In this document: piece by piece, positions 5,691-5,820 of the stretch
Numbering within the stretch: position 1 is the stretch's first letter
How the letters are laid out: each line of letters opens with the position of its first letter
From: Promethearchaeota archaeon
GTDB taxonomy: Archaea > Asgardarchaeota > Thorarchaeia > Thorarchaeales > Thorarchaeaceae
Assembly (NCBI GenBank): GCA_027031765.1
Contig: JALVPN010000124.1
Location: forward strand, 6,810-12,629
DNA: 5,820 nt
Direction: 5' to 3'
Notes under the pieces: model-generated
Seen by the model: only the letters and a program-made list of their open reading frames with translations
What the model was told of the DNA's origin: nothing
Database searches by the model: none
Made by a program: the position numbers and the translations under genes

Positions 5691-5820
5691 TCACCCGGTC
5701 TCAGGAGCGTCCGCTGCTCGTTCTACTTCTTCCTCTTCCTCTACTTCTTCCTCTTCCTCTACTTCTTCCTCTTCCTCTACTTCTTCCTCTTCCTCTACTT
5801 CTTCCTCTTCCTCTACTTCT
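5691..5820 (-). CDS. Probable 3' end of an upstream gene with a low-complexity tail; frame ambiguous
   Basis: Two minus-strand frames are open from the window edge: EV(EEEEEV)x5-ERAADAPETG-stop (TGA at 5693-5691) and (RSRGRG)x5-RSRTSSGRS-stop (TGA at 5703-5701). The third frame has a TAG in every repeat unit. Confidence 0.55.
   Translation of the reverse strand, partial: EVEEEEEVEEEEEVEEEEEVEEEEEVEEEEEVERAADAPETG
5722..5820. repeat. Perfect 18-bp tandem repeat, at least 5.5 copies, running off the right edge
   Basis: Unit CTACTTCTTCCTCTTCCT starts at 5723, 5741, 5759, 5777 and 5795, with a partial copy at 5813. No mismatches. Confidence 0.98.

Noticed and set aside
5722-5820. CRISPR array interpretation of the terminal repeat
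   Set aside because: Units are directly adjacent with no spacers, only 18 bp long, low-complexity pyrimidine sequence, and no cas genes are visible.

Overview
Archaeal genomic window: GGTGA/GAGGTGA Shine-Dalgarno motifs, archaeal-type TPI and ABCE1. An Asgard (Thorarchaeia-like) origin is plausible from gene styles but is only an inference. Left to right: 5' end of the ribosome-recycling ATPase ABCE1/Rli (minus, missed by the ORF track); about 1 kb with no recognisable protein; an unannotated box C/D guide sRNA (1297-1370); a single-domain parvulin PPIase (minus); a divergent CdrS/CopG-like ribbon-helix-helix regulator; a protein with an acidic disordered N-terminus and a possible SCP2-like domain; tpiA; a DUF89/ARMT1-like phosphatase; a convergent NIF3-family protein; and a perfect 18-bp tandem repeat, probably in the 3' end of an upstream minus-strand gene. 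The most notable observations are the C/D sRNA, a Cys-to-Glu substitution at an ABCE1 Fe-S ligand, and loss of three of five canonical metal ligands in the NIF3 homolog. All family assignments come from motif recognition by eye; no searches were run.
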